Part shown: piece after piece, positions 19,455 to 29,287 of the stretch | Numbering within the stretch: position 1 is the first letter of the stretch | Layout: every line of letters starts with the position of its first letter | Sequence record: NZ_CP090008.1 | DNA: 64,000 nucleotides | DNA from: a plasmid | Reading direction: 5' to 3' (one strand) | Notes under the pieces: model-generated | Databases searched by the model: none | What the model was told of the DNA's origin: nothing | The model's input: only the letters and a program-made list of their open reading frames with translations | Translations under genes and position numbers: made by a program

Positions 19455-20153
19455 ATGACCACACTAATGCAAATGTCACTATGGGTTAACAATATTGCTT
19501 ATGACATTAAGACACTACGTTTTTTTAGGATAGTCTCCTTTATTATCAGTTTAGTTCTTGGTTTGGTTGGTTTCTATAGCTATCTCATGCTCTATCAGAC
19601 ACTTTTATTCGCCTACGGTGTTCATTTTATGGCTATTGCCTATACACCATATGTGTTTTGTGCCTTGATTGTAGCCCTTTATCAGCTACTTACTGGTAAG
19701 AGACGTGAACGTATCAAGAAAGCAAAGCGTATCCTTATGTTTAGTCTTCTACCAATCTGTTTGATGAATACCTGGGGTTTTATCACACTAGTGACTTGGG
19801 GGCTTGCATGGGTTATGGTCAAACTAGAATATAACCATAGAAAACGAGCTGTTAAGATCGTATCATTTTTCTCAAAAGAATATTCACCTCTTTTTGAAAA
19901 GAGATTGGCTAATCGAAGTAACTATTATGCTTATCAATCTGCTTATCGTCTCCTAGACTTGATTCAGGTGTCAGCTTATGAAGAACTCTTTAAGGAAGAA
20001 GTGACAGAAAAAGATTATAAAGCCGGTCTCGTTGTTAAAGAGTTACACCGTACTTTCAGAATTAAAGGTGTACCTTTTTCTAAGGTAACTGTAACAGATA
20101 AACTCTATATTGCTCCACAAAAAATGCCAATTATTGGCTTAAGGAGGTTTTAA
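19455..20153 (+). CDS. membrane protein (232 aa), conjugation module
   Basis: 4 hydrophobic helices, operon-packed. Confidence 0.45.
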   Translation: MTTLMQMSLWVNNIAYDIKTLRFFRIVSFIISLVLGLVGFYSYLMLYQTLLFAYGVHFMAIAYTPYVFCALIVALYQLLTGKRRERIKKAKRILMFSLLPICLMNTWGFITLVTWGLAWVMVKLEYNHRKRAVKIVSFFSKEYSPLFEKRLANRSNYYAYQSAYRLLDLIQVSAYEELFKEEVTEKDYKAGLVVKELHRTFRIKGVPFSKVTVTDKLYIAPQKMPIIGLRRF

Positions 20154-20156
20154 TAT

Positions 20157-20579
20157 ATGGTATCTTATCGTTTTAAACGAGATGGTCAGTATATTCAACG
20201 TGAACTAGAACTAGATTCTCTTAATGGTTATCAAGACCAAGTCTATCCGGAAAGCCTCGAAGAGCAAGTAGATTATTCAGCGTTTTACGATACCTACTAT
20301 GACGGTTTTGGTGAGGACAGTATCTCACGTGAACAAGAGAAAAAACAAGGTCTCATTGCGCGTGGGAAAGAAAGGTTATCCAGTGTCAAGGAGGATGTGA
20401 CAGACTATTATAATTTGCAAGTGGAACGTCACAAAGACTATTACTCAGATGAAGATTCATTTTGGATGCGTAAGCAACAACAAAAACGAAATCGAAAATT
20501 CATTAAACAAAGTATCTTTCTTGCCCTAGGACTATTACTTGTATTTGGTTGGTACTGGCTAACCGCACTACTTCATTAA
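20157..20579 (+). CDS. hypothetical protein with C-terminal TM anchor
   Basis: Operon-packed; C-terminal IFLALGLLLVFGWYWLTALL. Confidence 0.4.
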   Translation: MVSYRFKRDGQYIQRELELDSLNGYQDQVYPESLEEQVDYSAFYDTYYDGFGEDSISREQEKKQGLIARGKERLSSVKEDVTDYYNLQVERHKDYYSDEDSFWMRKQQQKRNRKFIKQSIFLALGLLLVFGWYWLTALLH

Positions 20580-20596
20580 GGGGGTGACTAAGATAT

Positions 20597-22642
20597 TTGA
20601 AACGAATAGGTGATAAAGCTGCTCGTGTTCTTCTAACGATTTTTGGAGTGAAGACAACCATTATTATAGGAACTATTTTAACTTTTGCGGTTATCTTAAT
20701 TGCAATTATCACTGGTTTAATGGGGACGATTAGTACTTCCGGTGGGAAAGGTGGCAAGACTAACGCCCAATGTGTAACCTACCAAAAAGATGGCGATGAA
20801 GAAGACGATGATGGCTCTAAGCCTCAATCGACTTCTACTAAAACAGACTCAGCATCTGCAAGCGATTCTGATCCCTTTACGAAGGGGACAAAAGCCTATG
20901 AAAATGCCCACAAAGTCTTTATGGCCTTAGTGAATGCCGGACTGTCTGGGGAATCTGCTGCAGGTCCTGTTGGTTGGGCAAACTCTGAAGGGGGCTATGA
21001 CATCATTGGACGTGCCCAAGGACATTATGGTGGTGGTATCAATGACTCCATTTCTAAGGGAGCTGTTCCAACGACAGGTGGTACGTCTAACACACTTGGT
21101 GGTGGTGGAATCTTCCAGTTTGACCCCTTCACGAAATATGCACCTTTAAATAGTCCAGACTGGGAAGATGCTGATAAGATGGTTGCCTTTGTTATTGATG
21201 CAATCTCAAAAGGTGACTGGAACCCAGCCTATGACGAATCTGGCCATAACTGGTCATTCCAGGAGTTTGCTAAACAAACCAATATCGATGAAACTGCTAT
21301 GGCATGGAATGCCTACGAACGAGGTAATATGGCTTATGTCAGACCAGAGCAAAAGAAGGCGGATGCAAGGAAGTTTGCGGAAGTCTTCGAAGCAAGTAAA
21401 TATAAGTACGATGATGCCAAGTTCCAAAAGGCGTTTGGTGGTGGTGGAGCTTCTTCCAATAACTCCTCGTCAAGTAGTCAAAGTTCAGATGATGATAACG
21501 GTGACGACGATGAAGAAGATAGCGACAACGAAGACAATGATAACGATAGCAGTTCAAGTAGTTCATCAAGTGACTCTAGCAACAAGGATAGCAAAAAAGA
21601 CAGTGATAAAGACAAGAAGTCTATTGATACTGATAAGGCTATCAAGTGGTATAAGGATAAGCTAGGGAAGGTCAAGTATTCTCGTGATGCTCGTACTGGG
21701 CCAGATAGCTATGACCATTCATCTGCTCTATACTATGCCCTTGTTGACGGTGGTGCTAAAGAATCTGGTTCTCCAGTAGATACCGATTCAGAACACGATT
21801 GGTTGAAAGATAATGGTTATGAGTTAGTGTATGAGGGTGCCTGGTTGTCTAAAGATGATGTTCAAAACCGTGAAAAAGGAGATGTCATTATCTGGGGTAC
21901 GAAAGGTAGTAGCTCTGGAGATAAAGGACAGACCATGCTTGTTGAGGATAAGGAAAATATTATCCAATGTTCCCCATCGACAGACGGGATTGCTGAGAAC
22001 AATTATGGTCAATATCGAGACCGTATTACTATGGACTACGGAAAAGTCTATGTCTATCGTCCAAAAGAGTCAAAAGACAAGAAGGGTAAGGATGATGACA
22101 AGGAAGAAGTAGATGCAGATACGTGTGGTGATAGCGATAGTAGTAATCTCAATACTGATACAGGTCAGCCCCTTGATGTCCCTTATACCATTACCCAACT
22201 TTTCGGTGCATCAGCTAATGCTGGCGGTCCAAATGCAGGTTCAGGGCACACAGGAATGGACCTTGCAGCACCAGAAGGCTCTCCAATTTCTGCCGTAACA
22301 GACGGTGAAGTAGTAGAGGTCAATGAAGAGGCGATGAATATCGATGGTAACCACGTGATGCACACTCTTCCAGATGGCACTATTATATATTATGGACATA
22401 TGCGTGATGTTCCTCTTGTTAAGAAAGGTGATAAGGTCAAAAAAGGACAACTTATCGGGTATGTCGGACAAACGGGTGCAGCTACTGGACCACATATTCA
22501 CTTTGAACGTCGAAAAACGAAAGTCTTCCAGTATGGTGATTTCTTGAGTCCAGCATCAATTATTTTAGGAGATACCCAACCACAAGTTGGAATGGTGATT
22601 GATCCTAAGACACAAAAAGGTGGAGCACCATCTAAAGAATAA
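20597..22642 (+). CDS. membrane-anchored peptidoglycan hydrolase (CHAP/Amidase_5-like domain + Peptidase M23 domain), TTG start
   Basis: N-terminal TM; central KYSRDARTGPDSYDHSSALYYAL (Amidase_5/CHAP-like motif); C-terminal M23 motifs GHTGMDLAAPEG...HMRDV...GPHIHFE; Asp/Ser-rich linkers. Confidence 0.7.
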   Translation: MKRIGDKAARVLLTIFGVKTTIIIGTILTFAVILIAIITGLMGTISTSGGKGGKTNAQCVTYQKDGDEEDDDGSKPQSTSTKTDSASASDSDPFTKGTKAYENAHKVFMALVNAGLSGESAAGPVGWANSEGGYDIIGRAQGHYGGGINDSISKGAVPTTGGTSNTLGGGGIFQFDPFTKYAPLNSPDWEDADKMVAFVIDAISKGDWNPAYDESGHNWSFQEFAKQTNIDETAMAWNAYERGNMAYVRPEQKKADARKFAEVFEASKYKYDDAKFQKAFGGGGASSNNSSSSSQSSDDDNGDDDEEDSDNEDNDNDSSSSSSSSDSSNKDSKKDSDKDKKSIDTDKAIKWYKDKLGKVKYSRDARTGPDSYDHSSALYYALVDGGAKESGSPVDTDSEHDWLKDNGYELVYEGAWLSKDDVQNREKGDVIIWGTKGSSSGDKGQTMLVEDKENIIQCSPSTDGIAENNYGQYRDRITMDYGKVYVYRPKESKDKKGKDDDKEEVDADTCGDSDSSNLNTDTGQPLDVPYTITQLFGASANAGGPNAGSGHTGMDLAAPEGSPISAVTDGEVVEVNEEAMNIDGNHVMHTLPDGTIIYYGHMRDVPLVKKGDKVKKGQLIGYVGQTGAATGPHIHFERRKTKVFQYGDFLSPASIILGDTQPQVGMVIDPKTQKGGAPSKE

Positions 22643-22812
22643 ATCAAGAAGGAGAAAAAATGAAAACAAAAATCAATCAAAAAAGCATGTTTTTAACTTC
22701 CATCTATTTGGAATCAATGGTAGGTTTTCACCAAGCTATCTACCACTAATTGACCTAACTGTTAGTGAAAACAAGGCAAAATAATACATAAATATAATTA
22801 TGTATATACTAA

Positions 22813-22840
22813 AAAGGAGTCTGAATAGAGCTCCTTTTTA
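22813..22840 (+). terminator. hairpin terminator after hydrolase gene
   Basis: aaaaggag-tctgaatagag-ctcctttt. Confidence 0.45.
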
Positions 22841-22929
22841 GTCGCTTAATTTTTAACTTTCAAGTTATGAGTAGGTAGTTAAATTAAGTTATTATGAAAA
22901 GTTATAATAGGAGTAGAAAAAGTGCATAA

Positions 22930-23739
22930 TTGATTTCAATAAGGAGGGACTTAGATTTGCCTAATAATAGTTACGAAGATTTTTTATATGATGAGGATCA
23001 ACGGCTCCATAGTGTATATGAAGTTCAAAAAGAATATGAACAGAATAATGGTGATATTTCAAAGTATCGTGATAAAATGTTGTGTCCTGAATGTAAAAGA
23101 GCGAAATTACGTTTTACACATAAAACATCAGAAAGAAGAGCATTTTTATCAACTTTTCCAACCTCAAACCATGAAAAAGGTTGTTCATATAATTATGACC
23201 TAGCTTCAAATAGGGCGGTTAAGCAATTTGTAGCAACATTAACAGATGAACAAGTACATGATAGGCTTGAAGCAATGTTAAATACCTTGTTGCCTAGGTA
23301 TAGAAGAGACAATGAAAATGCAGTAAATGCTGAACAAGAGAATCCATTCGTAATAGATATAGGAGCAAGAAACCATCAGCTTAACCGAAGAGCAATATCA
23401 AGAAAGTCTATGAATCGTTGGTTTGATAAAGCGGATGAAAACAACATATTCCTATTTTATGGTAAGGTAAGGTTATCAGTTGAAGAGACAAAAACCAAGA
23501 AGGGGAAACGGTATAGATTAATTGTGAAGACCAAGAGAGGAGTGGAATGGATCCAAAAGACCAGAATTTTTAGAGGGATGGCTAAAGATGCTATCGATGA
23601 GAATACAACGTATGACCTTGCTGTTATGGGACACCTTGAATTTTATAATATCCTTCCACAAATTGTCACAGAATCATGGACTTCGATTTTGTATAGAGAG
23701 GCAAGGAGAAAAGAAGAAACAATAAAGTATATTCTTTAA
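22930..23739 (+). CDS. hypothetical protein with Cys/His zinc-finger-like motif (CPECK...H...C)
   Basis: 269 aa; LCPECKRAKLRFTHKTSERRAFLSTFPTSNHEKGC; precedes nuclease gene. Confidence 0.5.
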   Translation: MISIRRDLDLPNNSYEDFLYDEDQRLHSVYEVQKEYEQNNGDISKYRDKMLCPECKRAKLRFTHKTSERRAFLSTFPTSNHEKGCSYNYDLASNRAVKQFVATLTDEQVHDRLEAMLNTLLPRYRRDNENAVNAEQENPFVIDIGARNHQLNRRAISRKSMNRWFDKADENNIFLFYGKVRLSVEETKTKKGKRYRLIVKTKRGVEWIQKTRIFRGMAKDAIDENTTYDLAVMGHLEFYNILPQIVTESWTSILYREARRKEETIKYIL

Positions 23740-23861
23740 AAGGTGTACTTTATTTTAGGGGTGAATAATGTATATTTTAGTTCTATATTTATCTGCTTAA
23801 ATCATGTAAAAGCCGTGTTATAATTTAGAAAAGGAAAATTATACTTTTAGGAGGACAACAT

Positions 23862-25667
23862 ATGAGCAGTCGTGACAAATACACAGTAGAGTTAAAACCT
23901 TCAGCATTAGATATTAAACAAACTTACTCTGACTACCCTGAATTGAAGAATTTGCTAGAAAATTCTTCATATGATGATGGAGGTTTCTTCATTCTGAATA
24001 ACAATAAGATGTTTGATGATGATAAACGGCCTAGTATTTGTCAGCATAAAATTATTTTGGACGAAATACAAAATATTGAAATTAAAACAATAAAGGTATT
24101 GTTGTCTAAACGGTTTAATAAAAACAAAGATAATTTTGAAGCTTCCGAGACTCATAAGGATAAAAAAGGGAAGTATTTAGAGTGGACAACTAAACCTGAT
24201 AATGTCTATGGCAAACAACACATAAAAATTGATTGTTCAGTGTTTCCCAGTGAGGATATTTTTAATCGAGGACATCTAATAGCAGATTCAATTATTGATT
24301 ATTGTGACGAATTTGATTACCGTAAACGGGAAGACTTCGTTATGATCACTAATTGGTGTAATCGAGCCAATACTAATCACAAAACTAGAAAAGCTTGTGG
24401 TATGTTCTATTTTGAGAATGTTATACTTAATACATTAGAAAAAGGAATTGATGTTGAATATAGAGTTACGCCAATCTTTAAAAAGAATTCAGAAGGTGCA
24501 AAACAAGAATTTGAATACCTTCCTAGAGGCGTTATTTTAGAAGCTAAAACGCTAAATAAAGAAGCGTTTGAAGTAGAAGATGATTATGTTATCATGAATG
24601 AATTTAATGTCTTTATCCCAAATGCTCAAAATGGTTTAGACATCAATTATAAAACAGGTTCAATAAAAGCCACTTCATCTTTAACTGAAGCAAATGCAAG
24701 CCCTGCAGACCACATTAAAAAATTACCTGAACATATTATAAAGGACGCATTATCAACTATTGCAACATATCCTAAAGTAGCAGAACAAGCTAATCTATCA
24801 AGAATAGCAGCAGCTACAAGCGTGTTGAAAAATAAAGAAATTACACAACTTCTAAAGAAAATAGATAGTGTGATAGAACAATCAGGTTTGAAGCGGTTTT
24901 CAGAACAGAATAAGGAACTTTTCAAAAGTCTAAATAAAACGTCACAAATCATTAGCACGTTAGGCCAAAGTATTGCCACAGACTACCTCGTAGAATTAAG
25001 AAGACAGTTTTCAAATTTATCTGAGGTAGTAAAAGATGCTCTTACTCCATACACGGAAGAAGAGAGAAAGAGTATAATCGATAAAGTAGAAATTTTTGCT
25101 GATAAAGGCTGGGTTATCTTCTTCCAAAACAGAGCAGTCGTTAATCAGCTTTTGTTAGACGATACTGAAGACATTGAGGTGGAGTGGTTAGATAATCTTA
25201 AAGAGATTATTTCAGATACATCTAACATAGAGTATTTAGCGAGATCACAGTGTTTTTCTTATCATCTAATCCAGTCAATGGCAATGAGTTATTCAGAACA
25301 AAACTACTACGCAGCCTACACGCTTGCTTCATTAGCTATTGATGGTGCACTTAATAGATTAGCAGAGCCATTATCTAGTGAGGTGGATAAAGTGACAGCA
25401 GTTGGACACAAAGCGATAAGAAAAATTGATGAGCAAATAAGTCCTGGAGAAAAAACAGTTTTTGACTACGGCCTTTTGCATTGGTGTTATAACTTTTTTG
25501 CCGATACCCAACGATTTACTATTAATTATCCAAACAGACACATGATTGGACACGGACGTTGGGATGACGAGATTTCAGAAGAAGAGTTTTTAAAACTATT
25601 TAATGTGTTACTTTATCTTGAGGAGAATTTTGATTATTGGGCAGGAATTATTGATGAAAATTGTTAA
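23862..25667 (+). CDS. cytoplasmic protein with DNA/RNA non-specific (beta-beta-alpha-Me) endonuclease-like domain + 380-aa unknown C-terminal region
   Basis: FNRGHLIADS (DRGH-type catalytic motif) followed by ENVILNTLEKGIDVEYRVTPIF resembling the Serratia-nuclease ...RKLIDRADISSVYTVTGPLY segment; no signal peptide. Confidence 0.5.
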   Translation: MSSRDKYTVELKPSALDIKQTYSDYPELKNLLENSSYDDGGFFILNNNKMFDDDKRPSICQHKIILDEIQNIEIKTIKVLLSKRFNKNKDNFEASETHKDKKGKYLEWTTKPDNVYGKQHIKIDCSVFPSEDIFNRGHLIADSIIDYCDEFDYRKREDFVMITNWCNRANTNHKTRKACGMFYFENVILNTLEKGIDVEYRVTPIFKKNSEGAKQEFEYLPRGVILEAKTLNKEAFEVEDDYVIMNEFNVFIPNAQNGLDINYKTGSIKATSSLTEANASPADHIKKLPEHIIKDALSTIATYPKVAEQANLSRIAAATSVLKNKEITQLLKKIDSVIEQSGLKRFSEQNKELFKSLNKTSQIISTLGQSIATDYLVELRRQFSNLSEVVKDALTPYTEEERKSIIDKVEIFADKGWVIFFQNRAVVNQLLLDDTEDIEVEWLDNLKEIISDTSNIEYLARSQCFSYHLIQSMAMSYSEQNYYAAYTLASLAIDGALNRLAEPLSSEVDKVTAVGHKAIRKIDEQISPGEKTVFDYGLLHWCYNFFADTQRFTINYPNRHMIGHGRWDDEISEEEFLKLFNVLLYLEENFDYWAGIIDENC

Positions 25668-25796
25668 CTTTTAGCAAATACCATTTTGAAGAGCTGACCT
25701 CAGTTTAACGAGACTGTAAAAGCACTACACATGATTTAATGCTAAGTAAATAGAAGCCATTATAAGAAAGGTTACATATGACTACAGAACAACACA

Positions 25797-26063
25797 ATGG
25801 GGAATGGTCAAGATTGGGTGCGAACAGCGGCAAGCCTCGGTGGAGAAACAGGGTCAACCCCAAAAGCAGGTGCTATTATCTCTTTTGTGGGTGGTGGTCA
25901 TGGCTCAGATGTAGGATGCGAACATGTGAGTTTTGTCGAAAAAGTTTATCCAGATGGGTCATTCCTTATTTCAGAAACGAATGTCAATGACAATCCCAAT
26001 TACACTTTCCGTAAATTATCAGGACCAGATAGTACCATGAGTTTTGCCTATACGAGGAAATAA
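25797..26063 (+). pseudogene. 3' fragment of a CHAP-domain gene
   Basis: GAIISFVGGGHGSDVGCEHVSFVEKVYPDGSFLISETNVNDNPNYTFRKL is a CHAP C-terminal half (His region) with no N-terminal Cys part; last 130 bp duplicated at 27098-27228. Confidence 0.6.
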
Positions 26064-26099
26064 TTTGAGCTAGTTTTTATATCTCAATTGACGTAAAAG

Positions 26100-26128
26100 T
26101 TGACAAAGTCAAGGAAAGTTTATATAAT
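26100..26128 (+). promoter_or_regulatory. consensus sigma-A promoter TTGACA-N17-TATAAT
   Basis: ttgaca aagtcaaggaaagttta tataat. Confidence 0.7.
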
Positions 26129-26134
26129 GAATAT

Positions 26135-26332
26135 GTAAATAAGAGATTACTAACTTGTGGGCTAGTGGATATGGTCTGCACCCGCCTGTGGGCTCCGCAA
26201 GCAGCGTAGACTGTTTGTTGAGAAAAAGAATAGCAGGACTGCCTACCCTTGAGGAATAGATAGGGCATATCTAGCGTGAGGTGAAACTCAATACGTGGAA
26301 GAGAAGGAAGCACGTGCTTCCTTCTCTTTTTT
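26135..26332 (+). ncRNA. candidate ~200-nt structured RNA / cis-regulatory leader of gene 26347
   Basis: Consensus promoter; GC-rich (relative to surroundings) body with repeated CYTGTGGGCT; ends in perfect terminator GGAAGAGAAGGAAGCACGTGCTTCCTTCTCTTTTTT whose 3' side overlaps the RBS of the next gene. Confidence 0.4.
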
Positions 26333-26346
26333 AGGAGAAAATTCAA

Positions 26347-26982
26347 ATGACATATACTTTGGAATGGCTAAAGACATTTGATGGTGAGATTGATATTTTA
26401 AACATTGAGATGTCTTGTTTAGCCAATACGATTGAGAAATATGTTTCTCAGTACAAGTACGTTTATCAGACAAATATGGAGGCCTATCCAGAAATAATTC
26501 TTTCTGTCCCAAATTCCTCTATCCCACATTTATTAGGGCTATCGAGGGAACATCATGTCAATTTACCGACAAATAACGCTGGAAGCATTTTTGAAGGCTT
26601 GAAAGATGACTGGACATTGGAACGTCTCAATGGAGCGGACAATGGTTGGTTTAATGAAAATAAATTTAAAATAGTTGGAACCCTATTGCTCTATCAAATG
26701 TTACATGGAATAGAATGTAAATTCTATACGACGGAAGGTATTTTGAATAGACAGTCAGGAAAACGTTTTAGAAGAGATAATATTTACTTTGTAGTTTTTA
26801 AATTGAGTAATGGAATTCATTATACGGTTGAATTATCACATGAGCGAGGAAATCAATATTTCCCACGAAGTCTAAAAATTAATGATTCATCTATTACAAA
26901 TTGTAGAGAGATTGAACTAACACTGATTGATAAGAAACGTATTAAGAGCTCTAAAGTCCGAAAAGTTAGTTGGTTCTCTTAG
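26347..26982 (+). CDS. hypothetical protein (211 aa)
   Basis: RBS AGGAG embedded in terminator tail; no domain recognised. Confidence 0.55.
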   Translation: MTYTLEWLKTFDGEIDILNIEMSCLANTIEKYVSQYKYVYQTNMEAYPEIILSVPNSSIPHLLGLSREHHVNLPTNNAGSIFEGLKDDWTLERLNGADNGWFNENKFKIVGTLLLYQMLHGIECKFYTTEGILNRQSGKRFRRDNIYFVVFKLSNGIHYTVELSHERGNQYFPRSLKINDSSITNCREIELTLIDKKRIKSSKVRKVSWFS

Positions 26983-27097
26983 AGGAAAAATATGATTGTA
27001 AGATACTGTGCTTACGATACACTATGACAGTCATCCACTAATTGGTGGGTAGCTTTTTCTTTGTCCTTCTTTGATGTGATACCAAGATTAAGCTGTC

Positions 27098-27228
27098 TTT
27101 GTGGAAAAAGTTTATTCAGATGGGTCATTCCTTATTTCAGAAACGAATGTCAATGGCAATCCCAACTATACTTTTAGTAAGCTATCAGGACCAGACAGTA
27201 TCATGAGTTTTGCCTATACGATAAAATA
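27098..27228 (+). repeat. second copy (~90% identical) of CHAP 3' end 25935-26063
   Basis: gt(c/g)gaaaaagtttat(c/t)cagatgggtcattccttatttcagaaacgaatgtcaatg...tttgcctatacg. Confidence 0.7.
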
Positions 27229-27311
27229 AAAAGAATAAGCTAACAAAATGTATCATTGTTAACTTATTCTTTTTATTATTCCTTTACATGGTAGAAGATG
27301 TTGAATGAGCG

Positions 27312-27707
27312 TTAGCATTTGTTTGAAAAGTCTAAGGTACTTACTAAACTAATAATTTCATCAAGGATTTCTGAGAAGGAGATACCTGTTGTATAATTAT
27401 ATTTCTTTGAATAATTTTCCCATTGTTGCTGCTGAGTAATGTCAGACTTGAATGTTCTTAGAAGTTGGATGATGTTGTTAAAATTGAGTTCAGTTTCACG
27501 ATAGGAGAAGGTTCTTTCACAAGCTATCTTTAATTGTTCAAAATCAATGTCATCTTTCTTTAACTTGGAGAGGATATAGACACCGTAAAAATCCTTGTTG
27601 CGACTATTCAAGAAAATTCTTGAGTAAATGGTTTGTAATTTTTCAGCTAAAGATGAAAATACGCTTCCTAAAGTTGTAGAAGGGATGAAGAGGTAGAGGG
27701 AACTCAT
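27312..27707 (-). CDS. hypothetical protein, last gene of GntR-ABC operon
   Basis: 4-nt overlap with upstream permease gene. Confidence 0.45.
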   Translation of the reverse strand: MSSLYLFIPSTTLGSVFSSLAEKLQTIYSRIFLNSRNKDFYGVYILSKLKKDDIDFEQLKIACERTFSYRETELNFNNIIQLLRTFKSDITQQQQWENYSKKYNYTTGISFSEILDEIISLVSTLDFSNKC

Positions 27708-28174
27708 TTTTTTAGGAGCTGCCCAAAGTTGCTCGTAATCAGTAGGAAATCTTTTAAGTCTACGTTAAATGCGGCTATAATAGCAATCGAAGTCAGTACT
27801 ACGAGACTAGAAATCGTATTTAAAATAAAGGCTACAAAAAGTTTCGATAAGATTATTTGGTGGGCAGAACCTGGGAGTGTATTGGTTAGATAACCTTCTC
27901 TCCCAAAGACAGTCTTTGCAAAGCGTCTAATAATAAGGACTATTGTCGCTATATAAATGGCTCCCCATACAATAATAGTGGCAAAACACATCAGTGTGAA
28001 GAAAGCAAAAAAGAGTAGACTAGGTTCTTCGTTACTGTGTTCAAAGGTGAACATTAATTTGTGAAGCATTAAGCCCAAGGGAATAGAGAGTAGGATGGCA
28101 ATACCATAGATGCCAAAATACCACTTGCGGACTGATTGTAATTCAGACTTAACTAAATTCCAAAACATGCTCAT
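27704..28174 (-). CDS. ABC transporter permease-like membrane protein
   Basis: 4 TM helices; follows ABC ATPase. Confidence 0.5.
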   Translation of the reverse strand: MSMFWNLVKSELQSVRKWYFGIYGIAILLSIPLGLMLHKLMFTFEHSNEEPSLLFFAFFTLMCFATIIVWGAIYIATIVLIIRRFAKTVFGREGYLTNTLPGSAHQIILSKLFVAFILNTISSLVVLTSIAIIAAFNVDLKDFLLITSNFGQLLKK

Positions 28175-28275
28175 ACCTCCTAATTGTGGAACATCTCTCT
28201 GAAGAGCTTGTCAATAGACTTGCCATGGGCTTGACGGATATTATCGGCATCTCCTTGAAGTTCAATCTGACCGTA

Positions 28276-28878
28276 TTATAAGAAGACAACTTCATCTAGG
28301 ACAGATTCAATATCTGCAATCAAATGAGTTGAAATAATAACAGAAGCATCTTCAGAGTATTGGTTGATGATAGTTTTAAGGATATAGTCACGTGATGCAG
28401 GATCGACCCCGCCAATAGGTTCATCAAGGAGATAGAGTTTAGCCTCACGACTCATAACCAAAATCAACTGAACTTTTTCTTTGTTACCTTTTGAAAGGTC
28501 TTTAAGGCGCAAATCAGGCTGGAGCTTTAGATCCTCCAAGAGATGTAAGGCAAGAGGATAGCGGAAGTCAGCGTAAAAATCTTGGAAGAAATCCAAGTAG
28601 TACTGGATTGTCTTACTTTCATCTAAATAGGTTGTGTCAGGCAAATAAGCCACTTGCGCCTTAGTGATAGGTGATGGCTGAAATCCATTAATGGTCACTA
28701 AGCCAGAAGTCGGTTGAAGGAGACCGTTCAAAATTTTGATTAGAGTTGTTTTCCCACTACCGTTTGGACCTAAAAGGCCAACAATTTTTCCTGACGGGAT
28801 GGACATGGTCACATCTCTAAGGGCTGGAACACCATTATAAGTTTTGGTGAGATTTGTTAAAGTTACAATATCAGTCAT
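28276..28878 (-). CDS. ABC transporter ATP-binding protein
   Basis: Walker A GPNGSGKTT, signature/Walker B LLDEP; start taken at MTDIVTL (28878). Confidence 0.75.
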   Translation of the reverse strand: MTDIVTLTNLTKTYNGVPALRDVTMSIPSGKIVGLLGPNGSGKTTLIKILNGLLQPTSGLVTINGFQPSPITKAQVAYLPDTTYLDESKTIQYYLDFFQDFYADFRYPLALHLLEDLKLQPDLRLKDLSKGNKEKVQLILVMSREAKLYLLDEPIGGVDPASRDYILKTIINQYSEDASVIISTHLIADIESVLDEVVFL

Positions 28879-28882
28879 CAGT

Positions 28883-29287
28883 CTATAACTCCTTTCCTGT
28901 TTGTTCAATGTAGTCGGTGATAATGGTTTTAATTTTAGGTGAACTAAAGCCAATAGTCATCATTTCAGTGACAAAGTTTTTTATAAGGTTTTGAGCAATT
29001 TCGTGTCGTTTTTGATCAATGAGTTTCTCATCTTCAGTAACGAAGCGACCAGACGTACGAGCAGAATAGACCAAACCCTCTTTTTCAAGTTCTTGGAAGG
29101 CTCTTTGCACAGTGTTTGGATTGACACCGGCTTCCTGAGCGAGTTCCCGAACGGGTAAGAGTTGTTGCCCTATGCTTAATTCTTTGGAAGCAATTTTAAG
29201 TTTGACACGATAGGCGATTTGAAGATAAATGGGTGATTTTTCATCAAATGTCCAAGCCATAAGAGACTCCTTTCTAGGAAATATCAT
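28883..29287 (-). CDS. GntR-family transcriptional regulator (YtrA-like)
   Basis: HTH: LPVRELAQEAGVNPNTVQRAFQELEKEGLV. Confidence 0.75.
   Translation of the reverse strand: MIFPRKESLMAWTFDEKSPIYLQIAYRVKLKIASKELSIGQQLLPVRELAQEAGVNPNTVQRAFQELEKEGLVYSARTSGRFVTEDEKLIDQKRHEIAQNLIKNFVTEMMTIGFSSPKIKTIITDYIEQTGKEL

Noticed and set aside
20934-22501. Multiple ORFs (both strands) inside the hydrolase gene
   Set aside because: Alternative-frame translations of the Asp/Ser-rich repeats; the long M23/CHAP frame is clearly the real one.
26135-26332. Assigning the RNA to a specific riboswitch class (a CCGCCUGUGGGC stretch loosely recalls the ZTP/pfl motif)
   Set aside because: Could not reproduce the full consensus or pseudoknot by eye; left as an unclassified structured RNA.
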